Origin: Octopus sinensis
Lineage: Eukaryota
Direction: 5' to 3'
Length of the DNA: 64,000 nucleotides
Assembly: GCF_006345805.1 (NCBI RefSeq)
Contig: NC_043008.1
Location: 51,770,001-51,834,000, forward strand
In this document: one piece after another, positions 40,532 through 53,356 of the stretch
How positions within the stretch are numbered: the stretch's first letter is position 1
How the letters are laid out: each line of letters begins with the position of its first letter
Made by a program: the position numbers and the translations under genes
The notes under the pieces: generated by a model
Seen by the model: only the letters and a program-made list of their open reading frames with translations
Databases searched by the model: none
Told to the model about the DNA's origin: nothing

Positions 40532-40946
40532 TACTCTTTACTCTTTACTCTTTTACTTGTTTCAGTCATTTGACTGCGGCCATGCTGGAGCACCGCCTTT
40601 TAGTCGAGCAACTCGACCCCGGGACTTATTCTTTTTTTATAAGCCCAGTACTTATTCTATCGGTCTCTTTTTGCCGAACTGCTAAGTGACAGGGACGTAA
40701 ACACCAGCATCGGTTGTCAAACAATGCTAGGGGGACAAACACAGACACACAAACACAACATATATACATATATATACATATATACGACAGGCTTCTTTCA
40801 GTTTCCGTCTACCAAATCCACTCACAAGGCATTGGTCGGCCCGGGCTATAGCAGAAGACACTTGCCCAAGATGCCATGCAGCGGGACTGAACCCGGAACC
40901 ATGTGGTTGGTTAGCAAGCTACTTACCACACTGCCACTCCTGCGCC
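40532..40946 (-). mobile_element. Full-length tRNA-derived SINE (GTGGCAGTGTGGTAAG head), 7-bp TSD
   Basis: A-box-like TGGCAGTGTGG, B-box GGTTCAGTCCC, CTTGGGCAAGTGTCTT core, tail GGTGCTCCAGCATGGCCGCAGTCAAATGACTGAAAC(AGAGTAA)n; TAAATAT on both sides. Confidence 0.9.
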
Positions 40947-41689
40947 TAAATATGTACATTTATTTAAATATTATTATCTTATAATTATTATATTTGAACG
41001 TAAATTTTAAAACATTAATCACTTTGGGATCTAGATCGTAAAAATGTTTTAATTTAACAAAAAATTCTTATTACATTTCTAGTCTTATTATATTTCTAGT
41101 ACTATTACATTTAATAATAATAGTAATAAGTATTTTATAAAGATAAGTTATACGTATTTACTTTGGAATTTTTCAATTCTTATTTTTTATTTCATAAATA
41201 TTTTTGAAAGATTTCTATATTTATGTAAGTAATAGTGGACTAATATATTTATTGTTTATGTGTTTATTGATAGAAAAAATATAGATTTTTAATTACTACA
41301 TTTTTTGATTATCATTAGATACTTATTTTTATATATTTATTATTTTATAATTATTATATGTGAACTAAAATTTTAAAATATTAAGAGTGATTGTTTTGTA
41401 AAATAGTTTGGTAATTAAATATTAGAGTATAAGTATGTTAAAGATATTCTATAGTATATTAATGTTTTTTATTAAGCTAAATTATATCTTCACAGATAAA
41501 TACATTTTTCTATCTACTCTATTTTTTACCTTAAATTTTAGCATAATAAATGTATTGTGGGCAACTGATCCTAATGTTTTAAGTTTCAAATTTAGTTAAT
41601 GGAGTTTCTTCTATAAGAAAAATCATTATTTTATTCTTTTAATAAATATTGTTTAACTCTATTTACTTATTTATTTCACTATTATCATT

Positions 41690-41789
41690 AACCTGAAGAG
41701 TGACTATAATTTTAAATTGAATTGATTTGGATTAAATTTAAATTTAATTGTAATTCGAATTTAATTATAACCATGAAACATATGTAGTT
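41690..41789 (+). ncRNA. Minimal type I hammerhead ribozyme in a Penelope 3'-end remnant (~41000-41945)
   Basis: AAC-CTGAAGA-GTGACTATAATT...AATTATAACCAT-GAAAC-ATAT-GTA^GTT; flanks match the 3' end of the Penelope copy at 14620-14770. Confidence 0.6.
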
Positions 41790-41974
41790 TTTTTACTTAT
41801 TATATATTTATTATTCATTTTTATACTTTTTGTGATCTAGTTATGTTTTACAAAAATATATTTTATTATTTTTTATTTATGATTTTGTTTTTGTCTATCA
41901 TCGTTTGAATTGCATAATAGTGGGGTTTTTTTCTCTAATATATATTATATATATCATATATATATATATATATA

Positions 41975-42530
41975 TCATTATCATTATCAACATCGTTAAC
42001 ATCTGCTTTCTATGCTGGCACAGGTTGCAGCGTTTGACTGCAAACTGCTAAATTGGGGGATGCACCAGTTTCCAACCTTATGTGGCAAGGTTTCTATGGC
42101 CAGAGGCTTTTCCTAATCCTATATATATATCATCCTTATCATCATCAACCTCGTTAACATCTACTTTCTATGCTGGCACAGTTTGCAGGGTTTGTCTGGA
42201 AACTGCTAAGTCGGGGGCTGTACCAGTTTCCAATCTGCTTTGGCAAGGTTTCTATGGCCGGAAGCTTTTCCTAATGCCAACCACTCCAAGCATGTAGTAG
42301 GTGTCTTTCATGTGCCATTGGCATGGGTGCCAATAAGCTGGTACCAGCATCAGCCATGACCCCAGCCTCACTTGACTTGACAGGTCTTCATAAGCATGGT
42401 CTATCACCAAAGGTCTTGGTCACCTGTCACTACCCCCCCATGAGGCCCAATGCTCAAATGGTGCTTTTTACATACCATCGACAATGGGTGCCAGTCAGAC
42501 AGCACTGGCATTGGCCACGACTATGATTTA
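41975..42530 (-). mobile_element. Two tandem degenerate RTE 3'-end fragments
   Basis: Duplicated CGTTAACATCT.CTTTCTATGCTGGCACA blocks at ~41993 and ~42152. Confidence 0.7.
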
Positions 42531-42532
42531 CG

Positions 42533-42560
<28 letters not shown>

Positions 42561-42565
<5 letters not shown>

Positions 42566-45500
42566 AGGTCTGGAGAGATTGTTGAGCTGCTTGAACGGAG
42601 CTGTGTGGATTTATGCTGCATTCAGGAAGTAAGGTGGAGAGGAGGTTCCGCTAGGCTCCTCACAGGCAAGGAACACAGGTACAAGATTTTCTGGGCAGGG
42701 AACACTGACGGGGTCGGGGGCGTGGGTATACTTCTAGCGGAGAAATGGGTAGATAAGGTAATCGAGGTAGTCAGAGTAAGTGATAGAGTACTTAAGATTA
42801 GATTAGTGCTTCACCATATGTTAGCTACCATCATCTCGGCCTATGCCCCTAAACCAGGGCTACCGGAAGGACAGAAAGACCAATTCTACAACACCCTATT
42901 GCGGACTACCTCGTTGACAAATGACAGTGACCTTCTCTTTGTGGCAGGTGATTTCAATGGACATGTTGGACGGCATGTCGGGGGCTTCCATGGCGTTCAT
43001 GGAGGCTACGGTTTTGGCTCTCGAAATGAGGAGGGAACCAGGCTGCTGGAGTTCTGCGATGCAAATGACCTTATGGTTTGCAATACCAACTTCAGGAAAC
43101 CCACCTCTCACCTAGTCACCTACCGTTCTGGCAGACACACTAGCCAGATTGACTACATCCTCGCCAGAAAGAAGGAAAGAGGGCTGCTTATAAATGCCAA
43201 AACCTTTCCAGGCGAAGAATGTACTCCTCAACATAGATTAGTAGTTAGCGACATCAGGATCAGAGCTAAATGGTTGCCCAGAAGAAGACCAACTTGGAGG
43301 AGAAGGGTCTGGAAGCTTAAAGATCCTGCAAATGGACAGAGATTTAGAGACATACTACTTGAAGCCTTTGACGAAATAGAAGGGGATATAGCTTCACTCA
43401 ATGTGGAAGACAACTGGAGAGTTCAACGGGACAATCTGCTGACAGCCACTGACCAGATCTGTGGATGAAGCAAAGTCCCATCTCGACCCAGAGTAACGTG
43501 GTGGTGGAACAATGTGGTTGACAGGGCTATTAGACAAAAGAAACAGGCTTGGAGGGACTGGAAGAACGGTGGTAGCAGGGAATTGTATCAGACAGCCAGA
43601 AGGGAAGCTAGGAGACAGGTTTATTTAGCCAGAGGGGAAGCGGATAAGATAAAATTTGCCAATGTTCTGCTCCGTGAGGATGAAAGACTTGAAGTATTTT
43701 GTGTTGCAAGACAGTGTGTGAGAGAGAATCGTGATGTGGTAGGAGAGAAATGTGTCTGCATGGATGATGGTTCACTTGCGCTAAATGAGGATGCAAAGAG
43801 AGAGGTTTGGAGATGCCACTATGAAAGGTTGCTGAATAAAGAAAATGAATGGGATAAAGAGAGTCTGCCAAATGTCAACCCAACAGAGAGACCAGCCATC
43901 CAAGTTGACAATTCTTTGATAGTTAAAGCAATTAGAAGCATGAAGACAGGGAAAGCCCCAGGCCCATCAGGAATTACTGCAGAGATGCTCGAAATATCTG
44001 GCAGTGTTGGCTATAACCTAGTCACCCGTATAGTTAACCAGGTGATACACGGAGTCATACCCAATGACTGGTGTAGCAGCATACTAGTCAACTGCTACAA
44101 AGGTAAAGGAGACGCCCTAGATACAAATAATTACAGAGGTATCAAGCTGTTGGATCAGGTAATGAAGGTTACAGAGAGGGTCATAGCCCAACTGGTTAGG
44201 GAGAGAGTCAACTTGGACGAGATGCAGTTTGGTTTCATGCCAGGGAAAAGCACCACTGATGCCATATTTCTGGTGAGACAGCTGCAGGGAAATACCTAGC
44301 CAAAGATAAGCCCCTGTACCTGGCTTTCGTTGACATGGAGAAAGCCTTTGACAGGTCCCCCGATCCCTTATCTGGTGCCCAATGAGGAAACTAGGGATAG
44401 ATGAATGGCTGGTGAGGGCTGTGCAAGCCATGTACAGGGATGCCATAAGTAAGGTTAGGGTTGGCAACATGTACACAGAAGAATTCAAAGTAGAGGTTGG
44501 GGTCCACCAGGTTCAGTACTCAGCCCTCTCCTATTTATCATAGTCCTCCAGGCAATAACGGAGTAATTCAAGACAGGTTGCCCCTGGGAGCTCCTCTATG
44601 CTGACAACCTTGCTCTAATTGCTGAGTCACTATCAGAACTGGAAGAGAAGTTCCAGGTGTGGAAGGAGGGTTTAGAATCGAGGGGTCTTAGAGTCAACCT
44701 AGCTAAAACCAAAGTACTAATAAGTAGGAAGGTAGACAATCCACAAATGTCGTCAGGAAGATGGCCCTGCTCGATCTGTAGAAAAGGTGTAGGTAGAAAC
44801 TCTATAAGATGTACCCAGTGTAAGCTATGGACACATAAGAGGTGCAGCAATGTTAAAGGAAGGCTAACTGGGAAGATAGTTTTTGTATGTGGCAGATGCT
44901 CAGGAGCAATAAACTCTGAAAATCTGCAGAAAACAACTTCCGTCACTTTCCAGGGGGAAAAACTAGAAGTAGTTGATAGTTTCCGTTATCTAGGTGGCCA
45001 AGTCAGTAGTGGGGGTGGGTGCATTGAAAGTGTAACTGCTAGAGTAAGAATAGCCTGGCCAAAGTTTAGGGAGCTCTTACCTCTGCTGGTGACTAAAGGC
45101 CTCTCGCTCAGAGTAAAAGGCAGACTGTATGATGCATGTGTACGAACAGTCATGCTACATGGCAGTTAAACATGGGCTGTGACTGCTGAGGACATGCGTA
45201 AGCTCGTGAGGAATGAAGCCAGTATGCTCCGGTGGATGTGTAATGTCAGTGTGCATACTCGACAGAGCGTTAGTACCCTGAGAGAAATGTTGTACCTAAG
45301 AAGCATCAGTTGTGCAAGAGAGACGATTGCGCTGGTATGGTCGTGGTGAGAATGGATGAAGATAGGTGTGTGAAAAAGTGCCAATCCCTAGCAGTTGAGG
45401 GAACCCGTGGAAGAGGTAGACCCAGGAAAACCTGGGACGAGGTGGTGAAGCACGACCTTCAAACGTTAGGTCTCACTGAGGAAATGACCAGCAACCGAGA

Positions 45501-46154
45501 CCTTTGGAAATATGCTGTGCGTGAGAAGACCAGGCAGGACAAGTGAGTCCAGCCCACTTATGCATACCTTTCTTCCCTTGGACACACAAAGACCTGTTGA
45601 GGCAAGCGAAGTCGATATCGAACCTCATCCGATGACAGGCACCTATGCCATCCATCCCCACTTTGCTTGCGAAGACCTGTTGGGGCAAGTGAAATCGAAA
45701 TCGGAATTGAAATTGAACCAATCCTATGACTGGCACCTGGCAGATACCAGGACCCCTGGACTGGAGGTACGTAAAAAGCACAATCCGAATCGTGGCCAAT
45801 GCCAGCGCCACCTCGACTGGGTTCCGTGTCGGTGGCATGTAAAAATCACCATCCGAATCGTGGCCGAAGCCAGTGCCGCCTCGACTGGCTTCCGTGCCGG
45901 TGGCACGTAAAATGCACCAATCCGACCGTGACCGACGCCAGCCTCGCCTGGCACCAGTGCAGGTGGCACATAAAAAGCACCCACTACACTCATGGAGTGG
46001 TTGGCGTTAGGAAGGGCATCCAGCTGTAGAAACATTGCCAGATAAGACCGGAGCCTGGTGCAGCCTTCTGGCTTCCCAGATCCCCGGTCGAACCGTCCAA
46101 CCCATGCTAGCATGGAGAACGGACGTTAAACGATGATGATGATGATGATGATGA
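42561..46154 (+). mobile_element. Near full-length RTE-clade LINE pseudogene (APE + RT + Cys/His finger)
   Basis: CIQEVRW, ISAYAP, AGDFNGHVG, SQIDYIL, QHRLVV; RT motifs; CSICRKGVGRNSIRCTQCKLWTHKRCS; (GAT)n tail. Confidence 0.95.
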
Positions 46155-46405
46155 GTCCACAGATGAAATCCAAAGATTCTCTACAAAGATGACAGTAGAG
46201 CTCAAAAGATTCAAACCTAATGTCTATTCCACAAGGTAAAGAAAGTAGTGGTATTGTTGAGGCAATTAGGCAGATAAGCAAATTAAATATATCAAATATA
46301 TTATATATAATAGTTTGGGTATGATTTGAGCTCAGAACGTAAAGCAAGATGAAATACCGCTAAGCATTTCACCTGGCATACTAATGTTTCTGCCAGCTCA
46401 CCACC

Positions 46406-46443
<38 letters not shown>

Positions 46444-46447
<4 letters not shown>

Positions 46448-46817
46448 GTTATCCCATCAATAATGCAGTATTTTCAATTGCATGAACTAAAAGTCTAGCT
46501 GTATCAACTTGCTATAAAAGCAGGTAGTAATTTTTTACCTTGTACTTATTTTTAGTGCAAGTTTTGAAGAGTGCAGTTCGATTTTAACAATTATTTTTTT
46601 CAAAGCTATAATGGAAATGACAAAGGAGTATATTTGGCATATTTTTCTTTATGCGGTCAATAAAAGAAAGAACACAATGGAAAGTGTGAGGAATAGTAAT
46701 GCAGTATATGGAGATTGGACAGTTAGTGTAAACCAGTGTCAGTGGTGGTTCCGGAGATTCTGTGCTGGAAACTACAGCCTAGAAGATGAGCCTCATTCTA
46801 GAAGATGAGCCTCATTC
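46444..46817 (+). mobile_element. Mariner 5' fragment (TIR + HTH region of transposase)
   Basis: TA-TTGGGTTATCCCAT TIR; ...AVYGDWTVSVNQCQWWFRRFCAGNYSLEDEPHS. Confidence 0.8.
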
Positions 46818-47274
46818 TCACGTAAAAAGCACCATCCGAATGTGGCCGGTGCCAGCGCCGCCTTGACTGGCTTCTGTGCCAGTTGCATGTAAAAAGCACC
46901 ATCTGAACGTGGCCGATGCCAGCGCCACCTAGACTGGCTTCTGTGCTAGTGGCATGTAAAAAGCACCATCCGAATGTGGCCGATGCCAGCGCCGCTTTGA
47001 CTGGCGTCTGTGCTAGTGGCACGTAAAAAGCACCAACCGATCGTGGCCGGTGCCAGACTCCCCTGGCACCTGTGCCGGTGGCATGTAAAAAGCACCCACT
47101 ACACTCATGGAGTGGTTGGCGTTAGGAAGGGCATCCAGCTGTAGAAACACTGCCAGATCAGACTGGAGCCTGGTGCTGCCTCCTGGCTTCCCAGACCCTG
47201 GTCGAACCGTCCAACCCATGCTAGCATGGAAAACGGACGTTAAACGATGATGATGATAATGATGATGATGATGA
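46818..47274 (+). mobile_element. RTE LINE 3' UTR fragment
   Basis: Tandem ~62-bp units, conserved 3' block, (GAT)n tail. Confidence 0.85.
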
Positions 47275-47295
47275 TATATATATATAGATAGATAT

Positions 47296-47334
<39 letters not shown>

Positions 47335-47665
47335 TGCATACACATATTCATGTACTGGACAGGAAGGGCACCCTGTCCTAACAAATCTGCCTCAACGAAT
47401 TCCATTTATCCCATGCAAATATGGAAATGTAGACATCAAAATAATGATGATGTTATCAGTTCATCATTTGTTATTGTCATCAGCTAATTTTCATGTCTAA
47501 GAATATATTCCTGGCTAAATGGTTCCTTCAGATTGATGGTATCAATGTCTGAGATGGACAATCCTCTCATTATGCAGGATTAGACCCCTCAGATCAATAA
47601 TAATGTTTGTGTGTTTCAAAGATATTTTGTCAATTTTTAATTAAAATTTATTCTTTACTTCTTAG

Positions 47666-47734
47666 GGAAACAAGATGAAGAAGAGAAACAAGAGAAAATA
47701 CATTCTACCAAAACAATTCCCATCATGGGAACAG
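47666..47734 (+). CDS. Exon f; charged stalk and start of the TM helix
   Basis: ttctttacttcttag acceptor, CAG|gtaatt donor; 69 nt, phase 1->1; GKQDEEEKQEKIHSTKTIPIMGT. Confidence 0.75.
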
Positions 47735-49904
47735 GTAATTATTTTGTGTGTATGTGTGTGTGTGCATGAGTACTTGAGTGTGTGTGATAAATGTATGCAA
47801 GTGTTTATATACATATATATATATGTGAGTGTGTATATGTATCTATCTCTCAATCTATCTGACAATGTATGTGTGTGTGTGTGTGTGAAGATGAAGAGTT
47901 TAGGTCACAAGTGATCTCAACTAATAGATATGCACTCCGTGTGCTCCAATTGACTAGGATACAAGTACTCAATGGGGGCTGGAGTTGTGGTGGCCACTGT
48001 CCAGTAGGCAGAGAATAGGAAATCTGTAAACTACCTCCAAGTCTGCAGTTATAATTTAAAGAAGAGGAAAAAAAACCCAAGGCAGGACAAGCTTATCGGT
48101 TCATTTAGATTAGTTTAATGGTGAAGTGAACAAAAGTAAATAATAATGTCTTACAGCTGTTTCTAGGATATCATAGGTAGTGGATCAATATGTTGAGTGT
48201 ACAAGCAAGAGAATATATAGGCAGGAAACCGTTATGTAGAGAAGTAGAGAGAATTTGATGAAGGGAAATGTGGAATAAGGTATGAAGTTCAAGGTTCATT
48301 ATAGTTCATAGTTCATTCTGTTCTGGAGGGTATGGGAATCTATCCATATTTCCATGAAGGTGTACCTCCTTATGTATATTCCCAAGTAAATCCATAGTTC
48401 AAAAAGGGGCTTGAGTAATGCATCCAACTGAGAGAAGGGGAGCCCTGCAGATATTACTACAGGATTCAGCACAATTGCTTAATAGGCAACATGGAGCTTT
48501 TTCAACCTCCAAACATAAATGCTTCCATTCATTCAAGATCTTCCACAGGTCTAAATATAAGAGAAATCAACACATGATATCTATAACACCTGTTTCTACA
48601 TATTCACTGTCATTATCTCTGTCTAGACATAAAATAATATTATCTCTTTCAAGACATAGAATCTATAGGCCCATAGTTTCACCAAATTAAATTAAATTAA
48701 ATTCTTTCTATTTTATATTTTACTCCTTTTCTACCTTATATATGTATATTTTTTACCTTGTTTTTCTTACTTCCTTTCATTTTATATATCTTAATTCATT
48801 CAATTTTATTCTTAGTTCTAAGTGTCACTTTAATTCTAGGCTTTGGTTGGTAAATTTAAACCTTACAATTTTAAACTATCCTTTATTTCTAAGTTAACTT
48901 TGCATCTGTTTATTTTTTATTGGTATCTATTCCTTCAATATATATATATTTTATGTACTCTAGCCACATTAATCTCTAAATATTGTACTTAATTATCAAT
49001 CCTGAAATTGTAATGCCTCCCTCTTGAAGTTGGGTATCCATTTCTAGCATTTTAGTTCTCATTGATGACTGGTAGACCACAACAACATAGTTCATTCCAA
49101 CCACATAAGACCAATCCTCATCTGTTTGGCTTTATCTAAGTGGCCTTTTTTCCTATCTCCATTCTATTACCCCTATCCCTGCCCCCTCAAAAGCCTACCT
49201 CCATAATATGTATCTGCTATATTTCTCTGTGATTTTCCAATCTCTGTGAACTCTCACCCCTATCCTACACTGTTGAAAAGTAATACCAGCCTCTCTTAAC
49301 AGAATCTATTATCTACAGTTATCCTCAAAATTACTCATACTCTTGTTAATTTTTTTGTGATTTTTTATATTTTTATGATTAAATGAATGCATTTTCTCAA
49401 GTTTGTTTATGGGCGATATGTGACCAACAAGTGAAAGAATAACAACAATACACAATTCAAGAAATTCTTCATTTCAGGGGTGTATACACATATACACATG
49501 CACATACAAAAATATAGGTCCATACACATATACATACACAGATAAACACCAACACACATATACACATATTTATTTACATATATTCATACATATATACATG
49601 CGCACATAAACATGTATGTATATCAAAAAAGGTGTGGGGAAGAATTAGGTAGATCCACAATGGAAATTAAGAAGATCAAGCGAAAGAAGAGGAAATACAA
49701 CCAAACGAATCATATCTCATCATGAAAATAGATAATTATCAATTTCTTCATGTATCACCAGAGTGACAGTTTAATAACAGCACCAAAAATGTCTGATTGA
49801 GTTTAACCCTTTTTTGTTACCATATTTCTATTCAATTATTTTACCTTTGATTTAATTAATTTTGAAAATAAGGAAGAATTTAGAGTAATAAAATTGTTTG
49901 TAAC

Positions 49905-50125
49905 AAGGTGGTGAGCTGGCAGAATTGTTAGCATGCTGGGCAAAATACTTAGTAGTATTTCATCTACCACAATGTTCTGAGTTCAAATTTCACCAAGGTT
50001 GACTTTGCCTTTTGCCCTTTCGGGGTCAATTAAATAAGTACCAGTTACGCACTGGGGTTAATGAAATCAACTAGCCCCCTCCCCCAAATTTCAGGCCTTG
50101 TGCCTATAGTAGAAAGGATTATTAT
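49905..50125 (+). mobile_element. tRNA-derived SINE (GG.GG.GAGCTGGCAGAA head)
   Basis: Head, B-box GAGTTCAAATTT, GACTTTGCCTTT..CCTTTCGGGGTC..AAATAAGTACCAG core, tail GGCCTTGTGCCTATAGTAGAAAGGATT. Confidence 0.8.
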
Positions 50126-50688
50126 GCTTGTATATGGCAATTTAAAACTGCAGTTAAAATATCTGAATGAAAGACAGAGTTAAGTGAAGTTTACAAATCT
50201 AACATACTAACTTCTCTACTCCAATCTATTTAATTAACTCTGAAAATCATATTGAAAATTTTCCAAGCCAAAAGCACAGTCTTGTAATGATTCTGTAGCA
50301 AAACTAAGCTGGATGAGAGAAGAAGAGATTAGGGATTTTACCCCTTACAAAAGTTCCCTATTGCCCTCCAAATGAAACAAGGTTTGAACATTTCCTTATG
50401 GTACTGGATCATAATACAAGAAGTTAAGAGTTAAAATGACACTCATGATGAAAAGTAAACTCCTGAGTATGAAAAATCATTAGGTGCAGGCATGGGTGTG
50501 TGGTAAGATGCTTGCTTCCCAATCACATGGTTCTGAGTTCAGTCCTACTACATGGTACCTTGGGCAAGTGTTCTCTACTATAGCTTTAGGCTGACCAAAG
50601 TCTTGTGAGTGGATTTGGTTGACAGAAACAGGAAGAGCCCTGTTGCATTTATATATGTGTGTGTGTGTATATATATATACACACAAAA

Positions 50689-50994
50689 TATTTTATAATT
50701 ATATACATAATTATAACAAGGGATTGGCTTTATGCCTCACTACATACTGCAAGAAATAGATACTAAGCCTCTATTACCACTTTAAAATCTCCAAGAATAA
50801 CACACTATATTGTAGGCAAGCAAAGGTTAACTAACTTCATTGATTCATTATTTTCCTTTTGCTTGCCTACAATGTAGTGTGTTATTCTTGGAGATTTTAA
50901 GGTGGTAATAGGGGCTTTAGTGTCTATTTCTTGCAGTGCATGGTGAAGCATAAAGCCAGTCCCTTGTTATAATTATGTATGTAATTATAAAATA
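50689..50994. repeat. Fold-back palindrome, ~137-bp arms, ~28-bp spacer
   Basis: 50689-50826 is the reverse complement of 50855-50994. Confidence 0.85.
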
Positions 50995-51100
50995 GTTTGT
51001 AAAATTTACCAATGAGGCTTTTATTTCTGCACTGACTAGCTAGTAAAATTATTGATTTTACCCTTTTAGTATAATTAATATGAATATACATCATACATAC

Positions 51101-51150
<50 letters not shown>

Positions 51151-51153
<3 letters not shown>

Positions 51154-51950
51154 GCTGTGTGGTAAGTAGCTTGCTTACCAACCACATAGTTCTGGGTTCA
51201 GTCTTACTGCATGGAACCTTGGGCAAATGTCTTCTACTATAGCCTCGGGCCAACCAAAGCTTTGTGAGATGATTTGGTAGATAGAAACTGAAAGAAGCCC
51301 ATTGTATATATCATCATCATCATTTAATGTCTGTTTTCCATGCTGGCATGGGTTGCACGGTTCCACTGGGGTCTGGAAAGCCAAGGGGCTGCACCAGACT
51401 CCAACATGATCTGGCAGCATTTCTACAGCTTGATGCTCTTCCTAACGCCAACCACTCTGAGAGTGTAGTGAGTGCTTTTTACATGCCACTGGCACTGGGG
51501 CCAGAGGGGGCTGGCATCGACCACGTTTGGATGGTGCTTTTACTTGCCACTGGCATGAGAGCCAGTCAAGTCAGCACAAGAACCAACCAAGGTGAGGGGT
51601 GTGGCATCGACCATGTTTGGATTGTGCTTTTTACATGTCACTGACACAGGGAGCCAGACGGGCGGGGCTGGCATATATATATATATATATGTATATGTGT
51701 GTTTGAGTGTGTGTGTGTGCATGTGTATATGTTTGCATGTCTGTATTTGTTGCTCCATCATCACTTGACAACCAATGATGCTGTGTTTATGTCCCTGTAA
51801 CTAAGCAGTTCGACAAAAGAGACTGATAGAATAAGTACCAGGCTTTAAAAAAGTACTGGGGTTGATTCATTCAACTAAAATTAAAATTATTCAAGGCAGT
51901 GCCCCAGCATGGTCGCAGTCAAATGACTGAAACATGTGAAGGAGAAAAGA
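51151..51950 (+). mobile_element. tRNA-derived SINE interrupted at its internal TA tract by a minus-strand RTE 3' fragment (51310-51672)
   Basis: GTGGCTGTGTGGTAAG head; SINE resumes after 51672 and ends in GTGCCCCAGCATGGTCGCAGTCAAATGACTGAAAC. Confidence 0.8.
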
Positions 51951-52437
51951 TAAAAAATTATTAAAGATTCAGAGCCTGGTGCAACCATCTGGTTCGCCTG
52001 TCCTCAGTCAAATCGTCCAACCCATGCCAGCATGGAAAGCGGAGATTAAACGATGATGATGATGATGATGATGCATGCTTGTCAAATTGAGGACTGACAA
52101 TAAATGTGACTATGCAGTAGAGAGAGTGTGTGCGGTCTGGTAAGAATAAATATCACTATATTTTACTGAGGTGGTTTAATATATACCACCAAAATATACT
52201 AATAATCAGACTACTTTCTACAGCATGCCTCCATTAAATTTTTTATAAACTTTGTGGAATTGCCTCTCTTGATTTTGACAGCAATTATCACTAAAACTAA
52301 TACATTTTCTTTTAATTACATTGGTAATGTAGAAATATGATAAATTCATTTTTCATTTTCACATTAAGTATATTAACTTCCACTTAAGTATACATAAAAT
52401 ATTGTTCAACTGAATATCTTATTGTTTTCTTCTGCAG

Positions 52438-52480
52438 TTATTGGCATCTTATTTTTGATAATCATCATTTTCAGTATCAG
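52438..52480 (+). CDS. Exon g; transmembrane helix
   Basis: ttttcttctgcag acceptor, CAG|gtaaaa donor; 43 nt, phase 1->2; VIGILFLIIIIFSI(R). Confidence 0.8.
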
Positions 52481-52587
52481 GTAAAATCATATATTATTAA
52501 TCTTTACTTTCATTTTATTATCTTCTTTTGTTTGCATGTATGTGTGTGTGTATTTGTGTTTTTCTGCATGTATTTATATATGTGTGG

Positions 52588-52627
<40 letters not shown>

Positions 52628-52741
52628 ATCACAAACCAACCAAACCACCAACCATCAGATGTTGTTACACATCGCTGGTCACAATGCGTTCGCATTGTTT
52701 TAGCTTTCGAATGACGCCACCCCATTGGCTAAGCGAGCAGG

Positions 52742-52783
<42 letters not shown>

Positions 52784-52816
52784 ATATATATATACATATA
52801 TATATAACATATATGC

Positions 52817-52981
52817 ACAGGCATGGCTGTGTTTGAAGAAGCTTGCTTCTCAACCACATGGTTCAGGGTTTAGTCCACTGCATGGCACCTTGGACAGGTG
52901 TCTTTTACTACAGCCCCAGACCAACCAAAGTCTTGTGAGTGGATTTGGTAGACAGAAACTGAAAGAAGCCTGTTGTGTATT

Positions 52982-53056
<75 letters not shown>

Positions 53057-53270
53057 TTGTGTGTCTTTGTGTGTGTGTTTATCCCACCTCCATCATTTGA
53101 CAACCGATGTTGATGTATTTATGTCCCTGAAATGTAGTGGTTCGGCAAAGAAGACCAATAGAATAAGTACAAGGCTTACAAAGAATAAGCTCTGGGGTCG
53201 ATTTCTTCAACTAAAGGTGGTTGTCCAGCCTGGCCACAGTCAACTGACTGAAATATGTAAAAGAGTAAAG
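52817..53270 (+). mobile_element. tRNA-derived SINE (GTGGCTGTG-head family)
   Basis: Head, CACCTTGGACAGGTGTCTT core, internal (TA)n, tail CCAGCCTGGCCACAGTCAACTGACTGAAA. Confidence 0.75.
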
Positions 53271-53301
53271 TGTGTGTGTGTATACTTATAGATAAATAGA
53301 A

Positions 53302-53348
<47 letters not shown>

Positions 53349-53356
53349 CATATATA

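Noticed and set aside
46155-46230. Hammerhead-like CAGATGA-AATC...GATT-CAAAC..GTC
   Set aside because: Two core mismatches and no stem I
47484-47538. Possible phase 0->1 exon LIFMSKNIFLAKWFLQID
   Set aside because: Weak splice sites; the 29318-29417 exon fits the repeat pattern better, though it cannot be excluded as an alternative
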